From Hydrolagus colliei (taxonomy: Eukaryota), in contig CM068767.1 of assembly GCA_035084275.1 (NCBI GenBank), forward strand, positions 8,742,001 through 8,806,000: 64,000 nt of DNA. Reading direction: 5' to 3'. The notes beneath the pieces are model-generated. The model made no database searches, had not been told where the DNA came from, and saw nothing but the letters and a program-made list of their open reading frames with translations. Below are positions 1 to 11,783 of the stretch, one piece after another; the stretch's first letter is position 1; the number at the start of each line of letters is the position of its first letter. Position numbers and translations under genes: made by a program.

Positions 1-308
1 ATAGTAACAATTTGGCCTTTGTTGTCATGGTGCTAGGAAAGGGGGTTTGGATTTGAGGGAATGATGGGGATAACAATGGGATCAGGCGGAAGTTGCTTGA
101 TGAGCCAAAAATGCTTGTAGGGACATGAGGCCCTTCAGTAAGTAAGCAGCAAGAGCTGAGTCTGACAGTCATCTCGTACGAGAGTCACTGGTTGTTTCTA
201 TTGAGAAATGGAGATGAGGACCCAAGTGTCATAACATAACGTTGCTGAGAGGGTGAGCTCAATCTAACACTGTGGCTGGGTGTGTGCCCCATCTTGGGTT
301 TGACTGTA

Positions 309-1250
309 CAACAACAACAAACTTATATTTGTACAGCACCTTTCACGTCGGGAGGATATCCCAACACGCTGGACAGTCAGTGTTTCAGACCCAAGCTAGA
401 GTCGGGGACAGGGAGGGAAAGGGGGAGATTTGGGGTGACTGCTGGGACCGTCGAAGTGGAGGGACTTAAGGTGGGACTTGAAAGAGGCTGGGTGGGGGTG
501 GATAGGGGGGGGAGGGGGGGGAGGGGGTGGCGAGGCGGAGGGACTGTGGGATAGAGTTCCAGAGGTTGGGGGCAGAGTGGCTGAAGGCTTGCCTGCCAAT
601 GGTGGGGCGGCTGAGCAGAGAGGGAGGGCAGGTTGGTAGATGGTTAGGAGATCGCAGAGGTAGACAAGCAGAGCATTGGTGTAGTCGAGCCTGGATGTAA
701 TGAATGAATGAGGGTTTCAGCGGCCTGAGGGGTAAGGTAATGGCGGAGTCGGACAATATTGTGGTGGTGATGGAAGGCAGAGCGTCATGGCTTGGATGTG
801 GGAGGGAAAAGACAGTTGAGAATCAAACAAGGCACCGAGGTTCCTGTCTGACCTGGTGAGGTAGAAGGTGCAACCATGGAGGTTGATGCCATCAGTGCCT
901 GATGTGTTAATGTGTTGCCATGGGCCAATCAGGAAGGCATTAGTTTTATTCACGTTCAACTGTAGAAAATTAGCTCTCATCCAGGACTTGATGTCTGAAC
1001 GGCAGTCTGTCAGGGCAGTTGTGGTGCTGGAATGGATCGTAGAGGCAGAAAGCTAGAGCTGGGTCTAGAAGTTGACCCCATGTCTACGGATGATATCACC
1101 GAGGAGGAGTATGTAGGATAGAGCTCTGGGGAACGCCACAGATGACAGTGTAATGACTGGAGGAGAAGCCATTGGTGGCGACAAAGTGGCGACAGTGAGA
1201 AAGGTAGACTGTAGAGTGCAGTAGGAAGGCAAGAGGGAGTGAGGTGACAA
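309..1250 (-). mobile_element. Degenerate L2-clade LINE fragment (RT C-terminus plus 3' end with (GTT)n tail)
   Basis: Minus-strand ORF pieces LLGDIIRRHGVNF, MRANFLQLNVNKT..RNLGALFDSQLSF and TIGRQAFSHSAPNLWNSIP are typical of L2 ORF2. They are frameshifted, and an (aac)n tail lies at ~309-322. Boundaries are approximate. Confidence 0.85.
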
Positions 1251-2399
1251 TTGTGTTATTGTACAATGTGCAGTATTCAGAGAGAGGGCGGAATTGGCTT
1301 TTGAGAATTTTAGGAAGTATTGGGAATAAATTAGGAAACCTTTTTACATAGAACCTGCGTGGTTGAGAAGATGGAGAAGATTTGGGGTGGGGATGGGTGG
1401 GTTACCAGTGCGGGGCATCGGTGGGGAGGATCAGAGATGGGTTATGCTTGGACAGTAAAGCGAGTGAAGTTCCTTTGCTCATGTGAGAACTGTGGATAGT
1501 TTTGAATTGGTTCCAGGGTTCCGTCTACTGCTTTTAATCCCATTGTAAAGCAGGTTTGGGATTGAGTAAATTCACTGTTAAAACTATTCGAGTTTGAGGT
1601 TTGCGTCATTCATGACCTGTGTCAATATTATTAAAAAATGACCGAAGCACATCATTCATTTGTACAGTCAATTACAATCATGTATCTAATTGATAAGTGT
1701 ATCATTAAGTTAAGTGTATGGAACTTTATTTCAGAAAGGCAAGCCAAGCTCGGGCTGTTCAATATAGTTAATGCAGTATAACCACACAAGCTGAACCATA
1801 TAAATAGATAAATTTCAATTCCAGAATAACTTGTTTGCTGCAAGATTGTATTCATTAAAAAGAAATGATCATTATTGTCTGTGAAGCAACTAATCTGTTA
1901 TACGATTTGGCCGAGCATCTAACCCAGCCAGGACTGAGCATGCTCCCCCAGCACCAAGCTGCTTGATCACATACTCTCATCAGAACAAGGTAACCAGCGG
2001 AGATCATGTCAGGAACCTGGGGCAGGGGAGGCCTTGACCCATCGATCGATCAGCGCAGCTCGCTCGGGGATCCGTCTCTCACTGACTCCACCTTGTCTCA
2101 CTCACCGTAGCGGCTCAGAACAAGGAGTTAAAGACGCAATCGTGTGAGAATCCGCTGCCTGTGTTCAGTGTTTGGTTGGGAGTAAAAACAAATAGCCGGC
2201 ATTTCTTACAATACCAAATTGCCAAATTGTCGGGCAGTAGCCAGCAAGTGTGGTGATAAAAATTTTGTTGAAGGCAGTGTAAATCTCCCTCTGTATTCTC
2301 CATCCCGGGTGAGAGTTTGTTAGATACAACCAACGAAGTAGCACCAACGAAGTTGCTCTAGATCGATTGCAAACTGGACTGTGACTGTCTTGTAGGGAC

Positions 2400-2470
2400 A
2401 AGGCAGAGAGAGAAGGCAGAGAGAAAGAGAGAGAAAAGAGTGGACAGAGAGAAAGAGGTGGAGAAAGGGG
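2400..2470. repeat. GA-rich low-complexity tract
   Basis: Imperfect (GA)n/(AGAG) purine run. Confidence 0.7.
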
Positions 2471-3221
2471 AGCAACAGTCTATCAATCTGGACCACACTC
2501 TCTCATCGTCTCATTGACTGCGCTTTTGGTCAACACCCTCGAGTTTCTCCTTCTTCTCCTCGCTGCTGCCCGTCATCTCTATGAAGCGTTTTATCCTTTG
2601 TGAAAGGCCCAGCGGAAATGCAAATTCGATGAAAGGTAAGGAATGGCAATGTTTGGGGAGAGCTGAAAGTGGGTAGGACAAGCGAACAGGTTCAGCAATT
2701 AATCTCGGGCCTTGTCATCTTGCCTCAGACCATTATCTCTAAGCCTGTCTTTCATTTTACCACCTGGGGCTGATCTGGGTCTCAGACAAGGGCTGATATT
2801 CTTTGCCCTGTCTACACGTGGCAAGCAACCACATGATGGCAGAAAGAAAGCCAGAAGTGGCTTTAAGGCTGCCTTTGTAACATGGGCGGCCCCCAGCACA
2901 GTGGCAGCTTTGTGAGCTCTCCGTCCCTCTCCCTGGAACTGAAGGGATTTCCACACTGCCCCTGGCACCAGGATACTCGGGACATGTGACCAGGGTTCAA
3001 GGTAAAAGTAGCGATTCAGAAAAATAAATAAGAATTCCAGCTGAGAGATTTTCATCTCGCTTTGTGCAAAATAACATAAACAACCTCACCACCAAATTTC
3101 ATTTTGTGTTTCATCTGGTTTGAAGTTTTGTTTTCTGCCGCAGACGTGGCTCAAGCTTATGGTTTCATCTGCCAGGGATAGCTTCTCCAACCTGGACAAG
3201 CAGTGAGTAGAGGGAGCTTTA

Positions 3222-3385
3222 GTCTCAAAACCCTCCTCTTCAACCGTGCCTTCAATCACCCCCATGCCCTCTACACTTACCCGTTCCCAACCCCAAGCTC
3301 TGTTTCAAAATACTGATTATCCAGAGCTTGGGATGTCCTCCCGATGCTAAAAACACACTATACACATGTCATTTTGTTGTTGTTC
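3222..3385 (+). mobile_element. L2 LINE 3' end fragment
   Basis: ctcaaaaccctcctcttc...gggatgtcctcccgatg...ttttgttgttgtt; same 3' end and tail as the other L2 copies in the window. Confidence 0.6.
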
Positions 3386-3386
3386 A

Positions 3387-3452
3387 TCTGGGAGTGTGGA
3401 TGGACAGTGTAGAGGGAGCTTTACTGTGTCTCTAACCCTGACCTGGGAGTGA
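3387..3452 (+). repeat. Short interspersed/satellite-like repeat of the type common in chondrichthyan genomes
   Basis: ctgggagtgtggatggacagtgtagagggagctttactgtgtctctaaccctgacctgggagtg; a partial copy (agtagagggagcttta) also occurs at ~3207. Family recognised from memory, not from a search. Confidence 0.45.
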
Positions 3453-3489
3453 AGATGGGTGGATAGTGAAGATGGAGCTTTCTTGTGTC

Positions 3490-3640
3490 TCAGGCACCTC
3501 AGGCGCTGACAACATCAGCATTCAAGGCTGTTCTCTCCACCTCTTGAAACCAGTCAGGAATCTGGGTGTCTTGTTTGACCCCGAACTGTCCTTCCTCCCT
3601 TATATCCGCTCTATGACCGGTACAGCCTGTTTTGGTCTCT
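3490..3640 (+). mobile_element. L2 LINE RT fragment
   Basis: Translates LLKPVRNLGVLFDPELSFLPYIRS (L2 ORF2 'VRNLGVxFDxxLSF' motif); followed by (GT)n. Confidence 0.75.
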
Positions 3641-3911
3641 ATGTGTGTGTGTATGTGAGGATGTGTGTGCGTGTGTGTGTGAGGGATGGTGGGGTTGGGG
3701 CTGAACGTAATGTGGGGTTTGCATCCCAAAGGTTAGAGAACACCAAGAGTGTTAGTTTAGTGACTCTCTCTGAGTGTGGCAGCGAGTGAGAGGCAATTGT
3801 TTTCTGATGCTCTCATTCTCTCTCCTCTCATTGCTCAGTGAGCTGAGAGGTGTGTTTAGGCTGATTCACTGCAGTCACAAGATGCATTGTGTCCTATTTT
3901 TAACTAATTCT

Positions 3912-4262
3912 AATAATAATAATCATCGCGTTTGATATCGCGCTTTTCGCATCTTATCGATGTTCCAAAACACTTCACAGAATACACTGTAAAGTGAATT
4001 GACTGTATATATTTGTGGGCGAAACGCGGCAGCCAATTGCGCACAGCAGCGTCCCCCACACAAACAGTCGTGGATTGAAATGGCCAACTTTATTATTGTG
4101 GTTTTTGTGGAGGGATTATTATTTGGCGTGTGTGTGGATTCAGGAAACTTGCCCAAGGTTCGCCCTGACGAACCTGCCTGCCTGGATTCGAACACAGGTC
4201 TCCCCAGCTTGGTCTCCCCAGCTTGCAAGACAAGTGCTCTAACCACCGAGCCACAGGAGCTC
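3912..4262 (-). mobile_element. Full-length tRNA-derived SINE with L2-like 3' tail
   Basis: The reverse complement carries a tRNA-like head (tgtggctcggtggttagagcacttg...gttcgaatcc), body ctgtgcgcaattggctgccgcgtttc and (ATT)n tail; homologous to the copy at 7588-7828. Confidence 0.85.
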
Positions 4263-7073
4263 CAAAATATATGTCAAATTTTGTGTGGGGGTGGGGGGGG
4301 TGTTAATTGAGTCAGAAGAGGCCAGTTGCTCGCTCCTCTCCTGAGGCAGATGGTAATGGATGGTGGGGCTGGGACATGTCTGCATGTGGGCAGTGGGCAA
4401 TCTCCAGCTTTGCTGACGGTCGTCACACTCCGTGGCACAGGGAAATGTGGTCAGGGTCGGTCGGTCTCCAACGCGGGCGGAGGAGAGGAGATGCACAGCT
4501 CTGGAAATTTCCTTACCACCCCAACCTGTCGGGTGTGTTCCATAACAATTCCGGGGAAATTATTGCCCAGAAATATTTTCGTAGAAATAACAATTCTCGC
4601 ATTTGTTTACAGGACCTTCCACGTTGGGAGGCGCTTCGCAAGATTCTCCGTAAAGTGTAGTGATTGCATGTTGCGGACGAACACAGCGGCCAACTTGTAC
4701 ACAGTGATGTCCCACGAATAGCCATCACCACCAACAACAACAACAACAACTTTTATTTAGCGCCCTTTGCATCCTGGAGAGAATTCCTTCTCTCCCCTCC
4801 CATCTCATTCCACATTTCTCCCACAAATATACAGTCAATTCACTTTACAATATAGCCTATGAAGTGCTTTGAGACGTCTAGAAGATGTGAAAAGCTGCTA
4901 TATCAAAATGCAAGGATTATTATTATCTCAAGGTCTCTCTTTTCTATCAGTCGCTAACTCACCCTGTCTCTCTCTTTCTCTCTCTGGGCTTGCTCTATTT
5001 CAATATCTCAGCAAAGAGCCGGAGAGGAAATTGAACCTGTGACCTCAGGTCTGTGTGGCTCCTTGAACTGGCAACAAAGCCCTCGAAGGAGCAAAAGAGT
5101 TTTTCCGCTGAGGTCTCTTGTCATTCACGACATCCCCCACAGGTCATCCCCTCGTGACAGCTTAGCTCAGCTACTCGCCTCTATCATAAACAACCCAAAT
5201 ATTCTCCCGCCACATAAAGTCAGGACAGCCATGTGATATGTACCCCTCGCCCACTCCCCCAAGAATTCCAGTGGCTCTCAGTCACTGCCAGGCAGCTCCC
5301 AAACATGCCAATGGATTGGTCTCACTTCAGCTCCACAAACATCACCAGTCAAACTAAATGGCCCGATTCTCTGAGTGTCTAAATCTCGCCGCCGACTCCA
5401 TCTCATGACTGACACCCTTTCATTCATTCATATGAAATGATACCCTTGTTACCAGCTGGTTCTGATGGGTCTGTTTCTGTGCTGTAACATGCTCTGAGGT
5501 TATTACATCTGCATCAGTTACAGATGTCTCTTATTTCTCACCATTGCTTTTGTATCTGTGTGTCCTCCCTCCTTGTGTTGTAGCCCGTGCTTCAACGAAT
5601 GTGCCCTGCTTTTGCTGCCATGTGCGAGGGCGCGTAAACCATGCAGTAAAAATAGCCCAGTCCGTAAATTATACAGTAACTAGAGAAAAAAAGCGGGAAA
5701 AATTACCTCTCAGAATTGAGGCTTTTGAAGCTAAACTTGACGTTAAAGTTTTGTTGTAATCAACACCAACAGCTGACAACTGAGCAGAAATGAATCTGAT
5801 ACTCTGAGTTTGTTTAGAGAGAGCTGATAGATGTTTCCCATGACTACATTGGAGGGTCAGCCTGCACTGTTTGGTCAAGTCCCTATATGGGGGCTGGAAC
5901 CTCCAACTTTCTGATCTCGAGCCGAGAACGTGACCGACTGAGTCCTAGAACATGAGCAAACAGAGCGTCTGGGATGAGCTCTCACTCAGAGACAGTCATA
6001 TCCGCTGTGCCAGCGTGGTACATCCCCAGTAAAATATGGGAATTCCTGCTTGCCGTATTTACAGCCATGTGAAATAGGAGACAGTGGTGTTCCCTGTCTG
6101 CAATGCTGTCATCTTTCTTGAAGAAAACTATTCTGATTATTGCGTTTGCATCTGGAACAGGTTTAGACAAGAGCACTAGATAAATCACCATTTGTTTCAG
6201 TTCTTCCAGCTCCTACTGATAGAAAAAAAAACTAGCTTCTGCCCGGCCAGATGGCAGGTGCTGCTGTTGAATCCAATCGTTGCTTTGTGATGGACAATGG
6301 AGAGAGGCTGGGACTCACCTCTGGGACTTGAATTCAAACCAAGACTCATGTCCAAATCCCTTCATCTTCTCTGCCTGACTGTAAAACTTCCTTAAAAACC
6401 CATCTTTCTGCCTGCAGTTAACTCTTCAAATTCTTCTTCCCCCTCCTCTCTGCTCACTGCTCCTATGTCCAAAGTCCCCCAATTATTTTGATTTTTCAAT
6501 CAGAACTCGGGCTGAATATGGTTATGAAACAACTTTATCTATTTTCTCATTTGAAACCTACTTCAGGCGAAATTATTTAATCATCTGATAATGCAGAGGC
6601 AGTGTGTGGGCAGACTCAGACAGCAGTGAGCATTCACTATATTTGGAGTCCTCTCCACTGTCTCAGGATAGTGAGAGACCAGCATTGGCCATGGGGATCC
6701 CACGTAGTGAGAAGGAAATGTTGAGATGTACACATAAAAAGAGGAACATACAAACCGAGAGAGGATTTAATAATGTCCATTGACCCCCTCCCGTCCTAAA
6801 TCCAACTACAAGCTTGGTTGCAAACTGTTGATGCATTGGGATGTCTTCCCGATGTGAATGGTGCCTTATAATTGCAAATTGTTTTTGTTTTATTTTTATT
6901 CTACTTACATTTGTAAAGGTTTTGGACAAAACAATTGCAGACACGTTTTTCTGCCCTGCTCAGAAGGTGAAAAATGGAATTAAGAACTAGAAGGAAATTG
7001 GTGGGTTCACAGCAATATCCCACAAACAGCTATCACGAGAATTATTTTATCTGGGGATTATTGGCTAGGATTT

Positions 7074-7467
7074 GGAGTCTGCAACTCAGTAGTTAGAGCA
7101 CTAGCCTTACAAGCAAGAGACCCAGGTTCAATTCCAGGCAGGACGAAACCTTGGCCAAATTTCTTTACCCCACACACCTGATAATAATCCCTCCAGAATT
7201 TTTTTTTTTTTTTTGTCACTTAATCCATGACTATTTGTGGGACACTGCTGTGCCCAATTTGCTGCCATGTTTTGCCCACAAAATATACAGTCAATTCATT
7301 TTGTGAGATAACTGTATATTTTGTGGGCAAAACATGGCAGCAAATTGCCCTCCCTCCCCCCCACTGCTCTGGTCCCAACCTTGGGACTTTGTTATATTCT
7401 GTGAAGTGCTTTGAGACGTTGATAAGACGTGGAAAACGCTATATAAATGTAAGGATTATTATTATAA
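7074..7467 (+). mobile_element. tRNA-derived SINE copy containing an internal inverted duplication
   Basis: Head agttagagcactagccttacaagcaagagacccaggttcaattcc, shared body, tail gattattatta; perfect 37-bp inverted repeat at 7255-7347. Confidence 0.8.
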
Positions 7468-7587
7468 CTGCTTGTGTGCAATTGTCTGCCGCTTTTCACC
7501 CAGAAAATTCACTCTACAGTGAAGTACTTTGAGATGGTCTCGAAGACGTAATCAGGCCCTATTTAATATCAAACGGAAGGATTAGGC

Positions 7588-7828
7588 GGGGTCCTGTGGC
7601 TCGATGGTTAGAGCACTCGTCTTGCAAATGAGAGCGCTGGGTTCGATTCCCGGCAGGGCGGGCGAAACCTTGGGCAAGTTTCCTTACTCCACACGCCTGA
7701 TAATAACCCCTCGAAAAAAAAATTGCTGCGCGCAATTAGCCGCCGTGCTTCACCTACAAAATACACAGTCAATTCACTTGACAGTATATTCTGTGAAGGA
7801 CTATATAAAATGCAAGTATTATTATTGA
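7588..7828 (+). mobile_element. tRNA-derived SINE with intact Pol III A and B boxes
   Basis: A box TGGCTCGATGG (7597-7607), B box GGTTCGATTCC (7640-7650), shared body and tattattatt tail; internally deleted relative to 3912-4262. Confidence 0.85.
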
Positions 7829-7849
7829 ATAAATTGCTCGGGCCATTGG

Positions 7850-8199
7850 TCACTGGGTGCAGCTGGTGTCTGTGCAGCGCCACCCGGTGGCCATGGGTGG
7901 GTAACACGGCAGCGGTGTGAGCGCTGGACAGGTGTCGGCGGGACTGCGCATGCTCAAGAGCAGCTCAAGTCAGTGGGGGGGGGGGGCGGTCACTGCCTTT
8001 GGCTTCCGGGTCAGAGTGCGAGCAATGGCGGCGCCCACGCTCGGTTACGGACGTGCTCAGGTAACGGGCAGCGTTCGCTCCGGGACCGCGCTCGGTGTGG
8101 CCCCGGTTTCCGGTGGTCCCTGTAGCTCAGCGCTCGCCTCACACACAGCGAGAGAGGCCTGGGTGTCCATTCCCCGCAGGTCAGGGCCAAACCTCGGGC
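7850..8199 (+). promoter_or_regulatory. CpG-rich housekeeping promoter and probable first exon of mrps16
   Basis: Local GC/CpG enrichment; NRF1-like TGCGCATGCTCA (7945-7956, one mismatch to TGCGCATGCGCA); GC box GGGGCGG (~7983-7989); ETS/GABP CTTCCGG (8003-8009); YY1-like ATGGCGGC (8025-8032); donor CAG|gtaacg at 8060/8061. NRF1, GABP and YY1 sites are typical of nuclear-encoded mitochondrial genes. Confidence 0.7.
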
Positions 8200-8451
8200 N
8201 NNNNNNNNNNNNNNNNNNNNNNNNNNNNNNNNNNNNNNNNNNNNNNNNNNNNNNNNNNNNNNNNNNNNNNNNNNNNNNNNNNNNNNNNNNNNNNNNNNNN
8301 NNNNNNNNNNNNNNNNNNNNNNNNNNNNNNNNNNNNNNNNNNNNNNNNNNNNNNNNNNNNNNNNNNNNNNNNNNNNNNNNNNNNNNNNNNNNNNNNNNNN
8401 NNNNNNNNNNNNNNNNNNNNNNNNNNNNNNNNNNNNNNNNNNNNNNNNNNN
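8200..8451. other. Assembly gap (252 N)
   Basis: Run of N. Confidence 1.
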
Positions 8452-9239
8452 ACAAAAACAATAATAAATTGGGTATTTCAACCCATGTCTGTCCAGTAGA
8501 CTTGATAAGGCGATATGTTAAACGCAAAGTTTACTATTTGGTATTGTCCTGATGTGCTGCAACAAATGTAGAGATTATTACTATTACACAATGACAGTAA
8601 AATAAATACCCTTTGCAGCCTCGCTGGCAACCAAAGGATTCAATTTGAAATTTAGATTGATACACACAGATACGCAGACAGATATTTAGTCTTTTTAGGT
8701 ACTTGGCTGGGAGGACTACTGTGGGGGGAATCCTTTTTAAAATAGATAATTATTTTGAAATATAATCTTTGGTACAACGTACAACTTAAATAAAACACAA
8801 CATAATTTGTTGTATTTTTCACATGTATCCCGATACAACAACTTACATAACAAAACATTCCCTTCTCTACATTATTTGTTTTAAAAGAGGGAAGATTCCC
8901 AGCTACGCTTTGTTGTAGAAACCATACATATCTCATATTTTGAGGATAAATTAAAGCATTTTTTAAATATAGCTCATCAACTATATTTTTATCAGGGAAA
9001 GGAGCTCCCTGAAAAAAAATGCACATGTCACGCATGCAAGAGATAAAGGCCACAAGGTAAAAATCAGATCCCTCTTGTCACTTGGTTATTGTGGATACAC
9101 AGAACAGACACTAAATAATAATAATAATCCTTGCATTTGCCTCATCACGTCTTTGAGCTGTCTCAAAGTGCTGCAGTGTAAAGTGTGAAGTGTGGTGACT
9201 GTGTGTTGTGGGTGAAACACAATATTATCATAAAATAAG

Positions 9240-9495
9240 TTGAGGAAACATTTCACTCAGAGGGTAGTGAATTTATGGAATTCACTACCCCCCGAAGGCT
9301 GTAAATGCTCAGTCCTTGAACATTTTCAAGGCTGAGACTGATAGATTTTTTTTTAAATAAAGCATTAGGGGATATGGGGTTAGGGCAGGTAATTAGAGTT
9401 AGGTCAGAAGATCAGCCATGATCATATCAAATGGCGGGACAGGCTCGAGGGGCCAAATGGCGTACTCCTGCTCCTAATTCTTATGTTCTTATGTT
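9240..9495 (+). mobile_element. CR1-clade LINE 3' end
   Basis: ttcactcagagggtagtgaatttatggaattcactaccc (FTQRVVNLWNSLP, CR1 ORF2 C-terminus), then a 3' UTR gatcagccatgatc..aatggcg..ggctcgaggggccaaatggc.tactcctgctcct ending in a (tcttatgt)n tail. Confidence 0.85.
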
Positions 9496-9722
9496 GGTCT
9501 CCTTTCGTCTAGCATTTCTAACGTTCTTGGTAAGGATTTCTTTTTAATGCTAATCCCAATCCTAACGTATTGATCTTTAATTTTCGTCTGGATGGATTGA
9601 AGTTTTGAAGCTCCAGTAATTGTGAAGCGGGTGAAAATGTCACATTTCTAGCAACGATGAAAGATAAGGTTTGATTCTAATGCTTTTTATTTCCAGGTGT
9701 AACTTTTGACCAAGGAGGAGTC

Positions 9723-9735
9723 ATGGTACATCTCT
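9723..9735 (+). CDS. mrps16: Mitochondrial ribosomal protein S16 (bS16m), coding exon 1
   Basis: Acceptor ttccag|9697; ATG GTA CAT CTC T|gtgagt encodes MVHL, matching the vertebrate MRPS16 N-terminus; 13 nt, phase 1. Confidence 0.92.
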
Positions 9736-9868
9736 GTGAGTAGAGTATTGTGCGGATTGTCCATTCCTGGGGTTGGTTGTGCCTGTAATTACTGTGACCT
9801 GCTTTGAGATGTTCTTCCCACCGTATCAAATGCAAGGATCCTTAAGTGTTTTTTCCGCCTCTTCACAG

Positions 9869-10129
9869 CCCCGTTGCTGCTGAAACGCTACCACAAAGGG
9901 TTTGTGGCTATCCGGCTGGGGCTGGGTGGGTGCACCAATCGACCCTTCTACAGGATCGTGGCAGCTCACAACAAGCGAGCTCGGGATGGCAAGTACCTGG
10001 AGCAGCTGGGCTCGTATGACCCAGTGCCCAATGTCTTTGCCGAAAAGTTGGTCAGTTTGAATTATGAGAGGCTTCGTTACTGGATGGCATGTGGAGCTCA
10101 ATTGACTAAACCGGTGGCCAAACTTCTAG
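9869..10129 (+). CDS. mrps16: Mitochondrial ribosomal protein S16, coding exon 2
   Basis: ttcacag|CC...CTA G|gtattg, 261 nt; encodes (S)[86 protein letters not shown], the ribosomal S16 domain. Confidence 0.97.
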
Positions 10130-10174
10130 GTATTGAGCGCTCTGGGACTCTACGCTGCATGACTGCGCTATACA

Positions 10175-10380
10175 CAGTAAAAAGCCTGTTTGTTCGGCAC
10201 CCGATCAACCATAACTTCCCTGTGACCTGCATCGCAAAAAAAAAAGGTCCTCATTCGATTAACCGGAATTTATCCGGAAAAAGGCACTGAGAAAAAAACT
10301 TTTTTCGGCCGAATATCCGGCAGGCACTTTAAGTGGCGTTGGCTAGGTCCCGAGGGTGCCAGATAAACTGGCTTTTACTG
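10175..10380. mobile_element. Tigger/pogo-like (Tc1-mariner) MITE in mrps16 intron
   Basis: Imperfect TIRs CAGTAAAAAGCCTGTTTGTTCGGCACCC and GGGTGCCAGATAAACTGGCTTTTACTG; TA on the right flank, CA (probably a mutated TA) on the left. Confidence 0.6.
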
Positions 10381-10544
10381 TAAAATGTTGTTGTATTCGG
10401 TAAACGTGAAAGAAGTGAGGGCGGCAGAACAGGAGGTCGCGGAAATGATTAAAACCACAGCAGTAGGGTTGCCTCTTGCTGGTGTTGGGAGAAAAAGAGC
10501 ACTGAGCTTTGCTGAGGATGGATTGTTACCTTATTATACAATAT

Positions 10545-11285
10545 TAAATTATATTTGTACAGCGCCTTTCACTTCGGGAGGATGTCCCAATGAACTGGAT
10601 AGTCAGGAATTTGGACCTGAGCTGGAAGTCGGGATCGGGGAGGGTGACCAAAGTCAAAGAAAAGGTTTTTGAGACACACTTTGAAGAAGGCAATGGAGGG
10701 AACTAGGCAAAGGGAATGTGGGGACGAGTTCCATAATGGAGGGAGAAGATGGTGGGGAAGCATCAGTGGAGCCGCGTGAAGGGTTTGGATGATGAAGTCA
10801 TTGAGCCTGCTGTGAGAGAGGATATGAGTTGCAGAATTCTGAATGATCTGCAGCTTGCGGAGGGAAGAGTTGGGAAAGCCAGCAAGCAGGAAGTTGGCGT
10901 AGTTGAGCCTAAATCTGATGAATGTTTTGAGGATGAGGGTTTTGGCAGCCTGAGGGGTGAAGCAGTGGCGGAGCCCGGGGAAGGCAGAGTTGATCGTGGA
11001 GCAGAAAGGACAGTTGAGGGTCAAACAAAACGCCAAGGTTCCGGATGGCTCAGTTAGGTGGAGTGTACATCATTGGATGTTGACGCTGTCGGTGCCTGAG
11101 GTGTGGAGGCACTGTCACGAGCCGATCGGGAGAGTCTTGGTCTTGTTCACGTTCAACTGTAGAAAGTTTGGTCTCATCCAGGACTTGGATGTCTGACAGA
11201 CATTCCGTCAGGACAGCACTGGTCTTGGAGTCGAGGGTGGAGGCAGAGAGATAGAGTTGGGTGCCATCTGCATACACGTGGAAGA
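10545..11285 (-). mobile_element. L2 LINE fragment in the last mrps16 intron
   Basis: Minus-strand MYADGTQLYLS (degenerate YADD) and RLNYANFLLAGFPNSSLRKLQIIQNSATHIL; 3' end matches the other L2 copies. Confidence 0.88.
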
Positions 11286-11570
11286 TGACCTCTTCTTAAA
11301 ATCAAAGGCTTCCACAATATTATTTCAGCCACGATTTTTGAATGTAAAGGCAGCCAAAAGGGGGGTAACTAGAGAGCTCTTTCAGAGGAGACATCAGCAC
11401 GTTATGAGAATGGACTCTTTTCCTGCTGTGAAATTCTGATTGTAACAAAGCTCCCTGAATTGCCCAACACGTCTGGGAAGTGTTGACTGTTTGTGGAAAC
11501 TGAGAAGGAGCTGGGTTTGATCTTTCCTCTTAACGTTTGTTGTGAATTGGTTCTTTTTCCGCTGTTTTAG

Positions 11571-11704
11571 GCCTGGCTGGGTTTTTCCCGCTGCATCCTA
11601 TGACTGTCACCACGGCAGAGAGACTGCTGAGGCTGCGAGCACGCGCTGTGCCCACAGAGCCCGCGGATGAGGTGAAAACGGCAGATCCCAGGGATGTGGC
11701 CTAG
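11571..11704 (+). CDS. mrps16: Mitochondrial ribosomal protein S16, coding exon 3 (to TAG)
   Basis: gttttag|GC CTG GCT GGG TTT TTC CCG CTG CAT CCT ATG encodes [44 protein letters not shown]. Total CDS 13+261+134=408 nt, 135 aa. Confidence 0.95.
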
Positions 11705-11777
11705 GGGACAATGGCCCCACGAGAGGACTGGCAGCCTCAACAAAGAAACGTATATAAAGTGCATCGGATTAGTCCAG

Positions 11778-11783
11778 AATAAA
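11778..11783 (+). terminator. Polyadenylation signal of mrps16
   Basis: AATAAA ~75 nt downstream of the stop codon. Confidence 0.65.

Noticed and set aside
5982-6230. Exon-like minus-strand segment upstream of mrps16
   Set aside because: Splice-like signals exist, but the peptide is unrecognisable and no partner exons were found.
7588-7665. tRNA gene
   Set aside because: A and B boxes are present but run directly into a SINE body and tail found repeatedly in the window; no clean cloverleaf or poly-T terminator.
7917-8552. Long ORFs across 7.9-8.5 kb
   Set aside because: Artefacts of the N gap and the GC-rich promoter.
10130-10290. C-terminal extension of the 138-aa ORF 9874-10290
   Set aside because: Read-through into intron and MITE; S16 homology resumes at 11571 after splicing.
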